A stretch of 56,899 nt of DNA, taken from positions 1 to 56,899 of IMG/VR virus record IMGVR_UViG_3300021378_000028. The stretch is one strand, 5' to 3'. Below the pieces are notes generated by a model. It saw nothing but the letters and a program-made list of their open reading frames with translations. It was not told where the DNA came from and did no database searches. Made by a program: the position numbers and the translations under genes. This document shows positions 18,446 through 27,307 of this stretch, one piece after another; the first letter of the stretch is position 1; each line of letters starts with the position of its first letter. The DNA is from a virus (taxonomy: Duplodnaviria; Caudoviricetes).

Positions 18446-18934
18446 CTAAACGTGCTTAATGTCGTCAGGCTCTAAAATTGTGGCAATCACTTCGTCATCA
18501 TTTATAATGCGAACCTCTCCACCATCAATCTTGAACCTGGATCCGGCGTACCGACCAATACATACCCACGCACCCTCTTTGCACCAAGGCTCACACTCCG
18601 GTCCAAATTTATTAGGGTCTTGATATGCTAGGGGGCCAACCTTGAGAACGTATGCTACAACCGTAGCAACCGCTTCTCGGTCCCGAACCTCATCAGGAAT
18701 ATATATACCACCCTGCGTCTTGGTTGCGCCCTGATAAGGCATCACCAACACACGCCAGCCTGTAGGCTGTGGTAGTCGTTCTGTAAGGGGTTTATCCAAA
18801 AGAGAAGGGTCAAGCACCTTTTCTTTGGCATCTACATATGCGCTTTCAACAGGACTAGAGTCGGCAGAAGCCTCCTTCTTTTCCTTGTTCATTTTCTGCG
18901 CGACATGTTCAGGAAGATATAAAGTCTTCGACAT
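18446..18934 (-). CDS. groES: Co-chaperonin GroES-like protein
   Basis: PTGWRVLV...KTQGGIYIPD...VLKVGP...RYAGS...RIINDDEVIA, Cpn10 signature. Confidence 0.85.
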   Translation of the reverse strand: MSKTLYLPEHVAQKMNKEKKEASADSSPVESAYVDAKEKVLDPSLLDKPLTERLPQPTGWRVLVMPYQGATKTQGGIYIPDEVRDREAVATVVAYVLKVGPLAYQDPNKFGPECEPWCKEGAWVCIGRYAGSRFKIDGGEVRIINDDEVIATILEPDDIKHV

Positions 18935-19121
18935 CGTCAGCGTGTTTCTCCAGCAGGGCTTTTAATTCCTCACGAGCGTAGGTCAGGCCCCGTATCTCAC
19001 CTACCATGAGTTTATAGTGCTCCCAGTCTTTGGCAGCATCCATTCCCAAAGCACTTGCAATATCTTGTTCGCGCTCTCGTAGTAGCTTATACATATATTT
19101 CGCGAAATCAACACCGTCCAT
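18909..19121 (-). CDS. Hypothetical protein
   Basis: 70 aa helical; DWEHYK.MVGEIRGL motif usual upstream of phage GroES. Confidence 0.65.
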   Translation of the reverse strand: MDGVDFAKYMYKLLREREQDIASALGMDAAKDWEHYKLMVGEIRGLTYAREELKALLEKHADDVEDFISS

Positions 19122-19501
19122 TAAAGAATATCTCTTTCTGAACCTTCGGCGTTAGCTGTTATCGGTCCGCCAGACACCCAATCTTCACAGGTATGATCCG
19201 CGCTGCACATAAATTTGTATATTTGACAGTAACCTGTGTCACCAGATTCGTCCCCAATACACTCCATCATGTCTTCGGTTTGATTATACGCACCGCAGTT
19301 TCCGCAAATCTCTGTCAGCATAAATCCGCCGTCATCCGCGGGATCACGATAACTTGCTTCATCCACAGCATACATCTTGTTAACGTCGTTAACCTCAATG
19401 TCCTGCGTAGCTACTGGGCAGCTAGGACCATCGTCGTCACCGCCCTGCATCTTATCTACCGGAATACCGTCCGGTAGAATGCTGATCGAAATAATTGGCA
19501 T
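19121..19501 (-). CDS. Cys-rich putative metal-binding protein
   Basis: Start MPIISI at a TGATG overlap; CGNC...GYC...C....TC..W. Confidence 0.6.
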   Translation of the reverse strand: MPIISISILPDGIPVDKMQGGDDDGPSCPVATQDIEVNDVNKMYAVDEASYRDPADDGGFMLTEICGNCGAYNQTEDMMECIGDESGDTGYCQIYKFMCSADHTCEDWVSGGPITANAEGSERDIL

Positions 19502-19926
19502 CAGTACAATTTCCCGCCGCCAAAGCCACTTGTCTGGGCTGCTCCGCATCCGCGAGCTTTAACTTCCCCTCCTAGTGCAAACTTTTTAGTAAGATTCTCT
19601 CTAGTAGAGCCAGACTCAAAGCGCCTGATGTCGGTTGCCCCCAATCCGCGAGTTGACCCCTCCGACATGTTAACCTGCTCATCAGCTAGAGTGTTTGTTC
19701 TTGTAAGAACCTTACTTTTACTGTCTTGATACGGAGTCGTAGGATCCGAAGGTATAGCAGGCGTCGCGGGCAGTTTCTTCTTCTTCTTTTTAGCTTTTCT
19801 GCCGTACTTTGCCGTATTGTTGCGACCCTTCTGCGTATTGTAACGCGAAGTGGGGTTTTTCTTATCATCGCTTGCAGCTTCAGACACCGCGTCTTCTATT
19901 GCCTTTTCTGTGTTTTTCGAGATCAT
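19501..19926 (-). CDS. Basic low-complexity protein
   Basis: AGGAG RBS, poly-Lys, C-terminal FALGGEVKARG. Confidence 0.6.
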   Translation of the reverse strand: MISKNTEKAIEDAVSEAASDDKKNPTSRYNTQKGRNNTAKYGRKAKKKKKKLPATPAIPSDPTTPYQDSKSKVLTRTNTLADEQVNMSEGSTRGLGATDIRRFESGSTRENLTKKFALGGEVKARGCGAAQTSGFGGGKLY

Positions 19927-19935
19927 AACACGCTC

Positions 19936-20412
19936 CTAATCTATTAGTTCAAAATGTGGACCATCGATAAACGGACGACGCCCCTGTGATCTGCGCAAGT
20001 CTATATACGCATTCATTGCTTCTTCCATTGTACCTCCCCACTTGCGAATGTCCATTGGATACGACATCTCAGGTGTGCCCCACGCTGCACCCCAACAAAT
20101 AGGAACGTTTAGCTGTATCGCCGCTTCTTTGATAGCGTCAGCAAGATCATCATAGACAGAGAGTTCCCAACTCGCTCTCCCATTTATGAAGGCCATAATA
20201 TCGAAAGCCTTACCCTCAAGGTGCTTAGACTTCATCGTCTGACTAGCCCCTTTAGCAACAAGCTCTTTCTGCTGCTCAATGGTTCTCATCCCCTGAACCA
20301 CTCCGAAATCGGTCTTGGTCATGGTTATCGCCATCTTGATCACCGCTTGTAGTCGATCATCAATGCCCTCAAGCCGATCAAGGCTGCGCCTACTTAACTT
20401 AAACTCGCTCAT
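19936..20412 (-). CDS. Endolysin, M15-family (L-Ala-D-Glu) peptidase
   Basis: FKLSRRS...G.RT.EQQ..L...SQTMKSKHLEGKAFD...WG..W...DGPHFEL. Confidence 0.9.
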   Translation of the reverse strand: MSEFKLSRRSLDRLEGIDDRLQAVIKMAITMTKTDFGVVQGMRTIEQQKELVAKGASQTMKSKHLEGKAFDIMAFINGRASWELSVYDDLADAIKEAAIQLNVPICWGAAWGTPEMSYPMDIRKWGGTMEEAMNAYIDLRRSQGRRPFIDGPHFELID

Positions 20413-20413
20413 G

Positions 20414-20803
20414 TTACTTCCTCTTAAAAAAGGCTTGCGCCCCGCGCACACCGAAACTCGCTGAAATTGCAATTCCAAGGCTGTAAAAATACCAGTCCGG
20501 CGCCTTGGAAAGCTGCGCAAAACCACGGTCAACCCAACCTTCAGCACCCGGAATCCAACATAAAATCAATGGGATAGACAAGATTACTACGAACCACTCA
20601 TCCTTCCAGCTTGATTTTGCGCCCTCCGCCATAATGCGCTCCCAGTCGGCAACGCTTGTCTTTTCAGACAAAAGTATCTGCGCCTTAGCCTTGGCCTCTG
20701 TGAGCTTTAGCTCCGCAGCCGCAGCATTCTTATCAGCCTTACCCTGTAGCCACGATCCCGCAAGGTTGGCTATCGGCCCTAATGCCGCGGTGAAGATACT
20801 CAT
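20414..20803 (-). CDS. Holin-like membrane protein
   Basis: SWKDEW followed by two hydrophobic helices and ASFGVR; adjacent to the endolysin. Confidence 0.7.
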   Translation of the reverse strand: MSIFTAALGPIANLAGSWLQGKADKNAAAAELKLTEAKAKAQILLSEKTSVADWERIMAEGAKSSWKDEWFVVILSIPLILCWIPGAEGWVDRGFAQLSKAPDWYFYSLGIAISASFGVRGAQAFFKRK

Positions 20804-20988
20804 TTCTCAGACCCCAGCCATATGGCGAAAGCTCCGCTCATGGCCCCTGTTACAACTGATATTAAGCCCGCTTGTTGCGTTGATAAATCTGGCTGGCTTA
20901 ACGCCCACTCGATGCAGCGTATATACATCACAGTCATCACCAGCATCATCAGACGCGGCATGATCTTCCAAGCAAGTATCTTTTCCAT
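20800..20988 (-). CDS. Small two-TM protein (holin/antiholin-like)
   Basis: W.I.PR.MM...two hydrophobic segments; in the lysis cluster. Confidence 0.6.
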   Translation of the reverse strand: MEKILAWKIMPRLMMLVMTVMYIRCIEWALSQPDLSTQQAGLISVVTGAMSGAFAIWLGSEK

Positions 20989-20989
20989 G

Positions 20990-21244
20990 TCAAACCTCTA
21001 TGTTTAACTTCGTTCCCTGCGGCCTATCCGCATTGGTCTTGCGGCCAAACCTATCATAAGTTTCCTGTAAGTCCAATCTTTGCTTTACAAGGCCCTCTAA
21101 ATGCGCGTGATTAGCCCTATGTTCTTTTTCTACACGTTGCTCCGCTAAATGCGTCTCTATACGCTCACGCGCCCTCGTTTGCGCGTGTATGTCGCTTCCC
21201 ACATTAAACGGCGCGTTGCCTATACCAGACACACCGTCAGCCAT
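20990..21244 (-). CDS. Hypothetical protein
   Basis: Probable start MADGVSGIG overlapping the upstream gene end. Confidence 0.55.
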   Translation of the reverse strand: MADGVSGIGNAPFNVGSDIHAQTRARERIETHLAEQRVEKEHRANHAHLEGLVKQRLDLQETYDRFGRKTNADRPQGTKLNIEV

Positions 21245-21704
21245 TAGCCAATTTATCCACGCCCCAGACCATTGCCGCGGTTCCTCCCAAGAAAATTGTA
21301 ACACCTATCGCCAATGAAATACCCCAAAACAATCTATCCCTAGCTGCGGCTTGGGCTTCCAGGGCTTGTTTCTGGCGTTTTCTTGCTTCTGCCTGTTCAC
21401 GCACAACCAAGTCCCACATGCCTGGGGGCCCATATAAGCGGCAATGGCTGCGAAGCGTCTCCATAGCTTCTTTGTGCGCCATTTTAGCTTGCGCTATAGC
21501 AAAACCTTCCTCTTCACTGGAAGTCAATCTTCCGAGTGGCCCCTTGTGCTTGCCCGATTCTGCAACAGCTATGTCGGCTTCTAATTTCGCCAGCTTTCCA
21601 AAATGAGGCAGAATAGAGTTCATATCCTTGCCAGCTTGCACGGCACTACTAATCCCGCCAGCTATCTTAGTGACAGCCCCAGCCAATGCTAAAACTTCTA
21701 TCAT
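21237..21704 (-). CDS. Membrane-anchored coiled-coil protein
   Basis: 155 aa with a C-terminal TM helix. Confidence 0.6.
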   Translation of the reverse strand: MIEVLALAGAVTKIAGGISSAVQAGKDMNSILPHFGKLAKLEADIAVAESGKHKGPLGRLTSSEEEGFAIAQAKMAHKEAMETLRSHCRLYGPPGMWDLVVREQAEARKRQKQALEAQAAARDRLFWGISLAIGVTIFLGGTAAMVWGVDKLANG

Positions 21705-21877
21705 AAAACCTTACCCACTCTGGCTACAGGAGGACACCGATAGTCATACGGTATCCGCACAATGTACGGGTAATGATAGTAAAAATGAGATAGTTCCCTT
21801 GGACAACGGTACACACACGCCTTGTGCATGTCTCCGCCCGACATCCCCACCAACACTGCGGTGAGAGCGCACAACAC
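21701..21877 (-). CDS. Small Cys-containing protein (58 aa; not in ORF track)
   Basis: GTG start overlaps the upstream TAG and the stop overlaps the next ATG (ATGA); MLCALTAVLVG...CVYRCP...CPP. Confidence 0.55.
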   Translation of the reverse strand: MLCALTAVLVGMSGGDMHKACVYRCPRELSHFYYHYPYIVRIPYDYRCPPVARVGKVL

Positions 21878-22074
21878 TAGAACTCTCCGACAAACCTCTG
21901 TGGTCGGGCTATCGGACTAAACCGCTTGTTAACCATACCGCCAGAAGAATATTTACTTTTACCCGCTTTGCTCAACGCAATAGCAACCGCTTGATCTTGC
22001 GGTTTTCCAGCAGCCATTTCTGTCTTGATGTTCTGGCTGATAACACCCTGTGATTTACCCTCCTTGAGAGGCAT
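21877..22074 (-). CDS. Small basic protein
   Basis: [31 protein letters not shown], a widespread phage motif. Confidence 0.7.
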   Translation of the reverse strand: MPLKEGKSQGVISQNIKTEMAAGKPQDQAVAIALSKAGKSKYSSGGMVNKRFSPIARPQRFVGEF

Positions 22075-24616
22075 TTCTTTGCTCCACAGCTTGACGTTGC
22101 ACATCTATGCGCTCGCGGTTCACATCAGTCCGATCATCCGCAATCTGCTCCTGCAACTCTAATCGAGCCGCGTCCGTTACCGCCCGCTGCTCAACCTTCA
22201 TTCCTTCCAGTTCCAATTTGGCTTGATCAATCGCCGCCTTGTGATTGGCTTCCATCTCCTTGATCGAAAGCTCCTTCATGCGAATATCCACTAAAGGATC
22301 TTCGTTGCCTTCATCCGCGCCCTTGTACGTCATCAACGGCGTTATTTCCTTAATCAACTCAGCCTCAACCTGAGCAACTCGTGCCTCAACCTGATCAGGT
22401 TCAAACTGCGTCTGCAACTGGGCCGGAGCCTGTTGTTGTGCCTGCATCATCATTTGCTGCGCCGACGCAGGATCTAATGCCCCCGTCTGAACTAACAACT
22501 GAATCTGTTGCATCTGCTCCTGCTGAGACTGCTGGTTCATACCCTGCTCCTCGTTCAGAGCCGCTATCTCCGCATCAACCATCTCACGAGCCTTCATACT
22601 AACATGCTGCAAGATATGCGCGAATAACGATGCCAACACAGGCGGAGCGTTCTGTAAAACAGATAACTCAAGCAAAGCCAAGTGTGACTGAATATGCGCG
22701 TCGTGATCCTGTTGCGGAAACGGCTGCGGTTTCTGACCATTGATTATCAACCCGTTCTCTACCGCCGGATCCGCTGGCTGCGGAGGAGGTGGAGGCGGGG
22801 GCAGAATTTCGTCTATGTTCTGCACCTCTAACGCTTGATACATTCTGCGATACGCCGCATGCAGATTGTGCATCTGCGGATTGGATTGCGCCAACTGAAG
22901 TTGGGTCTGAGCCAGCGTAACCCGTTGCGACATTGAGAATATATTCGGATCTGAGACTGGGAGGACATCTATCCGAGCGTCAAAGTCTTGCGCCTTAACC
23001 TGAGAAGGTGCACCCGCCACCTCGTAGGGGTACTCCGGAGGCAGGTTTTCCGCGAAGATACGCGCCAGCAGTCTAAATTCTGCCTTCTGCGCGTAGTGCA
23101 GCCGTTTGTGAATGGCCGACATAACCTTCATTCCACGCTCCAACATGGCAACCGTAGTTCCCACAGGCGTTTCCTGATTCATGTCCGACATCTGCTGATC
23201 AGCTAACGCAACAAACCTACGTCCATCACTAACCAATCCACCAAGCATTTGTGCCAACGTCGCTGACGGCTCCTTGTAGGGCAGAGGCACAATAGCGTCT
23301 CTGATGCTCCCACCTGGGGCGTCAATGTCCCTAAACTCTCCGGGCTGTAACGGCTCATCGTCATTGCGTACACGCACTCCACGGGCCTTAAATCCAGCGG
23401 GAAGGTTGGCTAACGTACCAGCGTCGATCAACTGACGTAACAAACTCGTAGCTGCGCGGCCTAAACCACCAATCATATGCACCAAACCAAAGCCGTAAAA
23501 GCCCAGACCCGGAGTAAATTTGTAGTGAACAAAGTATTGGCGCTTGCGCTTAACTAAGTCTTCCATCGCATAGTTGCGGCGGATCGCCAAGATCTCTCCA
23601 GACGTATCGTCTATCGTAACAATATACGGAAGCTTAATACCAGTAGGCTCACCAGTCATAGGATCCGTATCCTCGAATCCCTCAATGTCCAGATCAGCAT
23701 GCATTTCCAGAATTGTCAGAACATCATCGCTGTAGTTCTTAGACAAACCCTCAAGCTCGTTGACCTTCTGACGAACGGAATCCTCCTCCATGTCCGAAGA
23801 ACCCTGCAAGTCCACATCACGGTACATTCCCGCAACCTGCATCTTACGAACATCGTTCTCGTCCATGCGTAAAACATGCGTCACACGAGTCGCCGTCATC
23901 AAATCAGACGCCGAATACGGTACAACCAAATCCTGCGCCGGAATAAACTTAGACACCGCCCGCTGTCTGGTCGGATCAAAGTAAACCTTCTTAAAGGTAG
24001 AGCCACTCAACGGGAGATAATACAGCAGCTGATCCATATCCGGATCATACTCTTCCATCACCTCAGTAATCTGGTAGTTCATAAAGTCCTTAACACGCGT
24101 AGCCTGCTGCTCACGCTCAGGCGTCTTGGCTCCAAGCACACCTGTGCGAACCGGACCACCAGAAGGCAGTAACTCTTTATACGCCTGCGCTTGAAACTGC
24201 GTAACACTCTCAGCAACCATCGGATGCGTTATGCCACTTGCGCCCTCAAACGGAGTCGTCCGCTCCTCAGTCTTCAAACCAAGTAGGTCAAGTCCTTTGA
24301 CATAAGTCTCTTCCCACTCGGATCTGGAATCCAAATCCTCTTCGTACAAAGCCCTCAAGTCACTCGACAACTCGCCCAGAGTCCCGTCATCCAAGAAATC
24401 AGCAAGGTTTGCGTCAAACGGAATCAACTCCTCCTGAGTGGGCAACTGCCCCGCCTCAGACAACGCTTGAATAATCGCGCCGCCCTGACCGTCGTCAATA
24501 ACCTCTGCACCCCCAGGGAACTGCATCGGCTCATCTACCGGAATCTCTACATCTGGAAGTCCCGCTGTGTCATCGAGGTCAAGCCCCGGTGCGACCATGT
24601 TAGGTGGTAAAGCCAT
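22055..24616 (-). CDS. Portal protein
   Basis: 853 aa downstream of TerL; PFEGASG..HP...[14 protein letters not shown]...GFYGFGL.H.IG, P22-like podovirus portal pattern. Confidence 0.88.
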   Translation of the reverse strand: MALPPNMVAPGLDLDDTAGLPDVEIPVDEPMQFPGGAEVIDDGQGGAIIQALSEAGQLPTQEELIPFDANLADFLDDGTLGELSSDLRALYEEDLDSRSEWEETYVKGLDLLGLKTEERTTPFEGASGITHPMVAESVTQFQAQAYKELLPSGGPVRTGVLGAKTPEREQQATRVKDFMNYQITEVMEEYDPDMDQLLYYLPLSGSTFKKVYFDPTRQRAVSKFIPAQDLVVPYSASDLMTATRVTHVLRMDENDVRKMQVAGMYRDVDLQGSSDMEEDSVRQKVNELEGLSKNYSDDVLTILEMHADLDIEGFEDTDPMTGEPTGIKLPYIVTIDDTSGEILAIRRNYAMEDLVKRKRQYFVHYKFTPGLGFYGFGLVHMIGGLGRAATSLLRQLIDAGTLANLPAGFKARGVRVRNDDEPLQPGEFRDIDAPGGSIRDAIVPLPYKEPSATLAQMLGGLVSDGRRFVALADQQMSDMNQETPVGTTVAMLERGMKVMSAIHKRLHYAQKAEFRLLARIFAENLPPEYPYEVAGAPSQVKAQDFDARIDVLPVSDPNIFSMSQRVTLAQTQLQLAQSNPQMHNLHAAYRRMYQALEVQNIDEILPPPPPPPQPADPAVENGLIINGQKPQPFPQQDHDAHIQSHLALLELSVLQNAPPVLASLFAHILQHVSMKAREMVDAEIAALNEEQGMNQQSQQEQMQQIQLLVQTGALDPASAQQMMMQAQQQAPAQLQTQFEPDQVEARVAQVEAELIKEITPLMTYKGADEGNEDPLVDIRMKELSIKEMEANHKAAIDQAKLELEGMKVEQRAVTDAARLELQEQIADDRTDVNRERIDVQRQAVEQRNASQGG

Positions 24617-24885
24617 TAGAACGTTCCTCTAAACTTGGTCCCTTGTACTTGACCGCCGTCTTTAAAACCCTCTCGCATATTTCCCTCATCATCGAAAGGA
24701 TACCCCATAAAATCGGCTGCTTTGTCATACCCCACGCCTTTTAAAAGATATGGAGCAATCGTGTAACTACCAACTTTTTTAGCTGCTTGTGTTATTTTCT
24801 TACCAACCTTTTTTCTTTTCTTCTTTCGTTTTTCTCTTGCCTCTCTAAGGGCTTTTCTTGCTTCTTCTTCTTTATCAGACATCAA
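24616..24885 (-). CDS. Small basic protein
   Basis: Coupled between terL and portal; C-terminal FKDGGQV...F.GTF. Confidence 0.6.
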   Translation of the reverse strand: MMSDKEEEARKALREAREKRKKKRKKVGKKITQAAKKVGSYTIAPYLLKGVGYDKAADFMGYPFDDEGNMREGFKDGGQVQGTKFRGTF

Positions 24886-26348
24886 TAATACTCCCTCTTA
24901 CGGGGCCTCCATTCTAAGCCGCCCTCGTCCTCACCATGCAGCGAAATAAATCCGCCTTGACGAAAACGCATCAGTGCTAGGGTCATACTATCACAAAAGT
25001 CATCATGATCGCCATTAGGAAATGAAACTACTTCCTCAACGACCTCGTCAGCAAACTTTTCGTGCATAGGGGCCCACACAATTTCTGCTTCAAACAGAGG
25101 CGCAACCATGTGCATTCTCGTTACCTTATCACTACCTTTGCCCGGTGAGAAGCCCAAGGCTGGAATACCACGAAGCCGCAACTCGTCAATAAGTGGCGTT
25201 CCCGTCGCTTTCGCTTCGACCAACACCATATCCGGCTCCCAATATTCGTGCTCCTCATAGGCAATCTCCTTTAGTTCAGGAAAGTTCCAACGACCCCTGC
25301 GGGCGTCCATAAGTATGATATGATCAGGACCACCGTCCTCGGGCTTGAATACCCCCCAAGTCGTGATCGCACTGTAATCCGCTGTTTCCTTCTTAGAAAA
25401 CGCCGTGTCATAAGCCTGCAAAACATAATCCAAACGAGGAATCTTTTCCTTGTCCCAGTCCTGCCACCACTCTCTCTTGATAATCGCACTCTCAGATGCA
25501 GTAGGCTGCTGCTGCCACTGCGCGTTCCATTTGCCAACAGGCAAAGACGCCTTGATCGACAACAACGTATCTTTGTCCCAGAACTCCGGCCATAACGGCT
25601 TGTCGCTGGGCATAATCGCAGGAAACTCCACGACCTCCCACTGATCCGCCATCTTATCGCCAGTCTGAGCCTGCAATAAACGACCAGTAAGATCCTTCTT
25701 ACCCCAGCGAGTCATAACCAGAATAATAGAACCCCCCGGCTGCAAACGCTGCCGTGGACCAGATGTGTACCACTCATACGCGTTGTCGAACGCGCTCTCG
25801 CTTAACGCATCCTGTTCCGAATGCGGGTCATCAATGATGAGTAAATCCGCACCACGGCCCGTAATGGCCGCTCCAACACCCGCCGCAAAGTATTCAGCAC
25901 CCTTGTCAGTGCCCCACTTACCCGCGCCCTTGTTATCTTCCTTGAGGTTAGTCTCTGGAAAAACCTCTTTATACGCTGGATCATCAATCAAATCCCTTAC
26001 TTTTCTACCAAACCGTACCGCCAACTCAGTGTTGTGCGTGGCCTGAATGATTTTTAATTTCGGGTTTCTACCTAGAAACCAAGCAGGCATCAAGTAGCTT
26101 GCGAACTCCGACTTCGAATGCCGAGGAGGCATGTTAATAATTAATCGCTTGAGCTCCCCTCGTGCAACACGTTCAAGTTTTTCCGCAATAATCCGGTGAT
26201 GCCGACCCTCAATGAAGTTTTCATACACATGATGCGCAAACGGCATAAACCGTTCGGAAGCCTCCTCCCGTAAATCCAGCGTCTTTTTGGCTTCCGTTAA
26301 CGCCAGTATCTCTTTTAACGCGTCTTCCGGTAAAGCCTGTAGATTCAT
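24882..26348 (-). CDS. terL: Terminase large subunit
   Basis: Walker A-like MPPRHSKS, Walker B LLIIDDP, VMTRW, nuclease AYDTA...VEAKATG...HDDFCD. Confidence 0.95.
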   Translation of the reverse strand: MNLQALPEDALKEILALTEAKKTLDLREEASERFMPFAHHVYENFIEGRHHRIIAEKLERVARGELKRLIINMPPRHSKSEFASYLMPAWFLGRNPKLKIIQATHNTELAVRFGRKVRDLIDDPAYKEVFPETNLKEDNKGAGKWGTDKGAEYFAAGVGAAITGRGADLLIIDDPHSEQDALSESAFDNAYEWYTSGPRQRLQPGGSIILVMTRWGKKDLTGRLLQAQTGDKMADQWEVVEFPAIMPSDKPLWPEFWDKDTLLSIKASLPVGKWNAQWQQQPTASESAIIKREWWQDWDKEKIPRLDYVLQAYDTAFSKKETADYSAITTWGVFKPEDGGPDHIILMDARRGRWNFPELKEIAYEEHEYWEPDMVLVEAKATGTPLIDELRLRGIPALGFSPGKGSDKVTRMHMVAPLFEAEIVWAPMHEKFADEVVEEVVSFPNGDHDDFCDSMTLALMRFRQGGFISLHGEDEGGLEWRPRKREYY

Positions 26349-27307
26349 CGACGTACCTGCATAATCCCCGTATTAGCTCCAGCCAAACCGGACTGCTGCC
26401 GTTGCTGCTGTGGGCCGCGCATCATCTGATTCATCTGCGTTAATTGCTGCTGAATTGGATTTGGAGCCATGGGTTGTAACGGAGTTGGTATAAAATTGCC
26501 TATAGGTTGTGTGTAACCAGGGTTTCCACCCGGCGTCACGTTCATCGGATCAGGTAACTCATACGTCGGAGCAGACGGCGAATCAGGAAGTAACCCAGTA
26601 TCAGGATCAATCACACACATCATCTGATCTTCGTCGTACACATACCCATCAGGACATGGATCCGCGGGCCCAGCAGCTTCCATCGGGGCAGGAGAATCAT
26701 CATCCCCACTACCCATACCAGCCATAATCGACTCGCGCTTCTGAACCTGCATTGGATCCTCGTCCAACGTGTTCTCGTCCTTCGTATTGTACGACATGCC
26801 CAACGCGTTATACGAATACGTCCGACCCTCAGAATCTCGATACACAGGCTTGCCGTCAATAATATTCACAATCGGATCATCCGACCGCGCACCGCCAAGA
26901 TACCCAAGCGTCCTCTGAGGAGCACTCGTCAGAATCGCAGATAGACCTTCCTGCTTTGCCGCTGGTAAAGTTAAAAAATCCGAAGAGTATTCATCCGTCC
27001 GACCAGAAGATACCGCTGGATAAAGCTGCTCAAACGTGGGCTTGTTACCCTCAGAATAACTAAAACCCGTAATCTTCCCTTTGTCATCCCGCTCAACAAT
27101 ATCAGGCCGAGCTAGAGGACGAACAGTAGCCGTTTTAGGCAATCCCGTAGAACCTGAGTCCGAACCCGAAGGCGGATTGTTCGCCGTATACCTATCCGCT
27201 GCGGCCTGCCCTTGATTATTCGCAATCGTACTAGCTGTACGCTCGTGGTACGCGTCGTCCTTTTTCCTAAGTCCAAGGCCCATGGTTATATCGTCGTATA
27301 AACTCAT
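26345..27307 (-). CDS. Hypothetical low-complexity protein
   Basis: 320-aa coupled ORF; CPDGYVYD...C mini-motif; Pro/Gln-rich tail. Confidence 0.65.
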   Translation of the reverse strand: MSLYDDITMGLGLRKKDDAYHERTASTIANNQGQAAADRYTANNPPSGSDSGSTGLPKTATVRPLARPDIVERDDKGKITGFSYSEGNKPTFEQLYPAVSSGRTDEYSSDFLTLPAAKQEGLSAILTSAPQRTLGYLGGARSDDPIVNIIDGKPVYRDSEGRTYSYNALGMSYNTKDENTLDEDPMQVQKRESIMAGMGSGDDDSPAPMEAAGPADPCPDGYVYDEDQMMCVIDPDTGLLPDSPSAPTYELPDPMNVTPGGNPGYTQPIGNFIPTPLQPMAPNPIQQQLTQMNQMMRGPQQQRQQSGLAGANTGIMQVRR

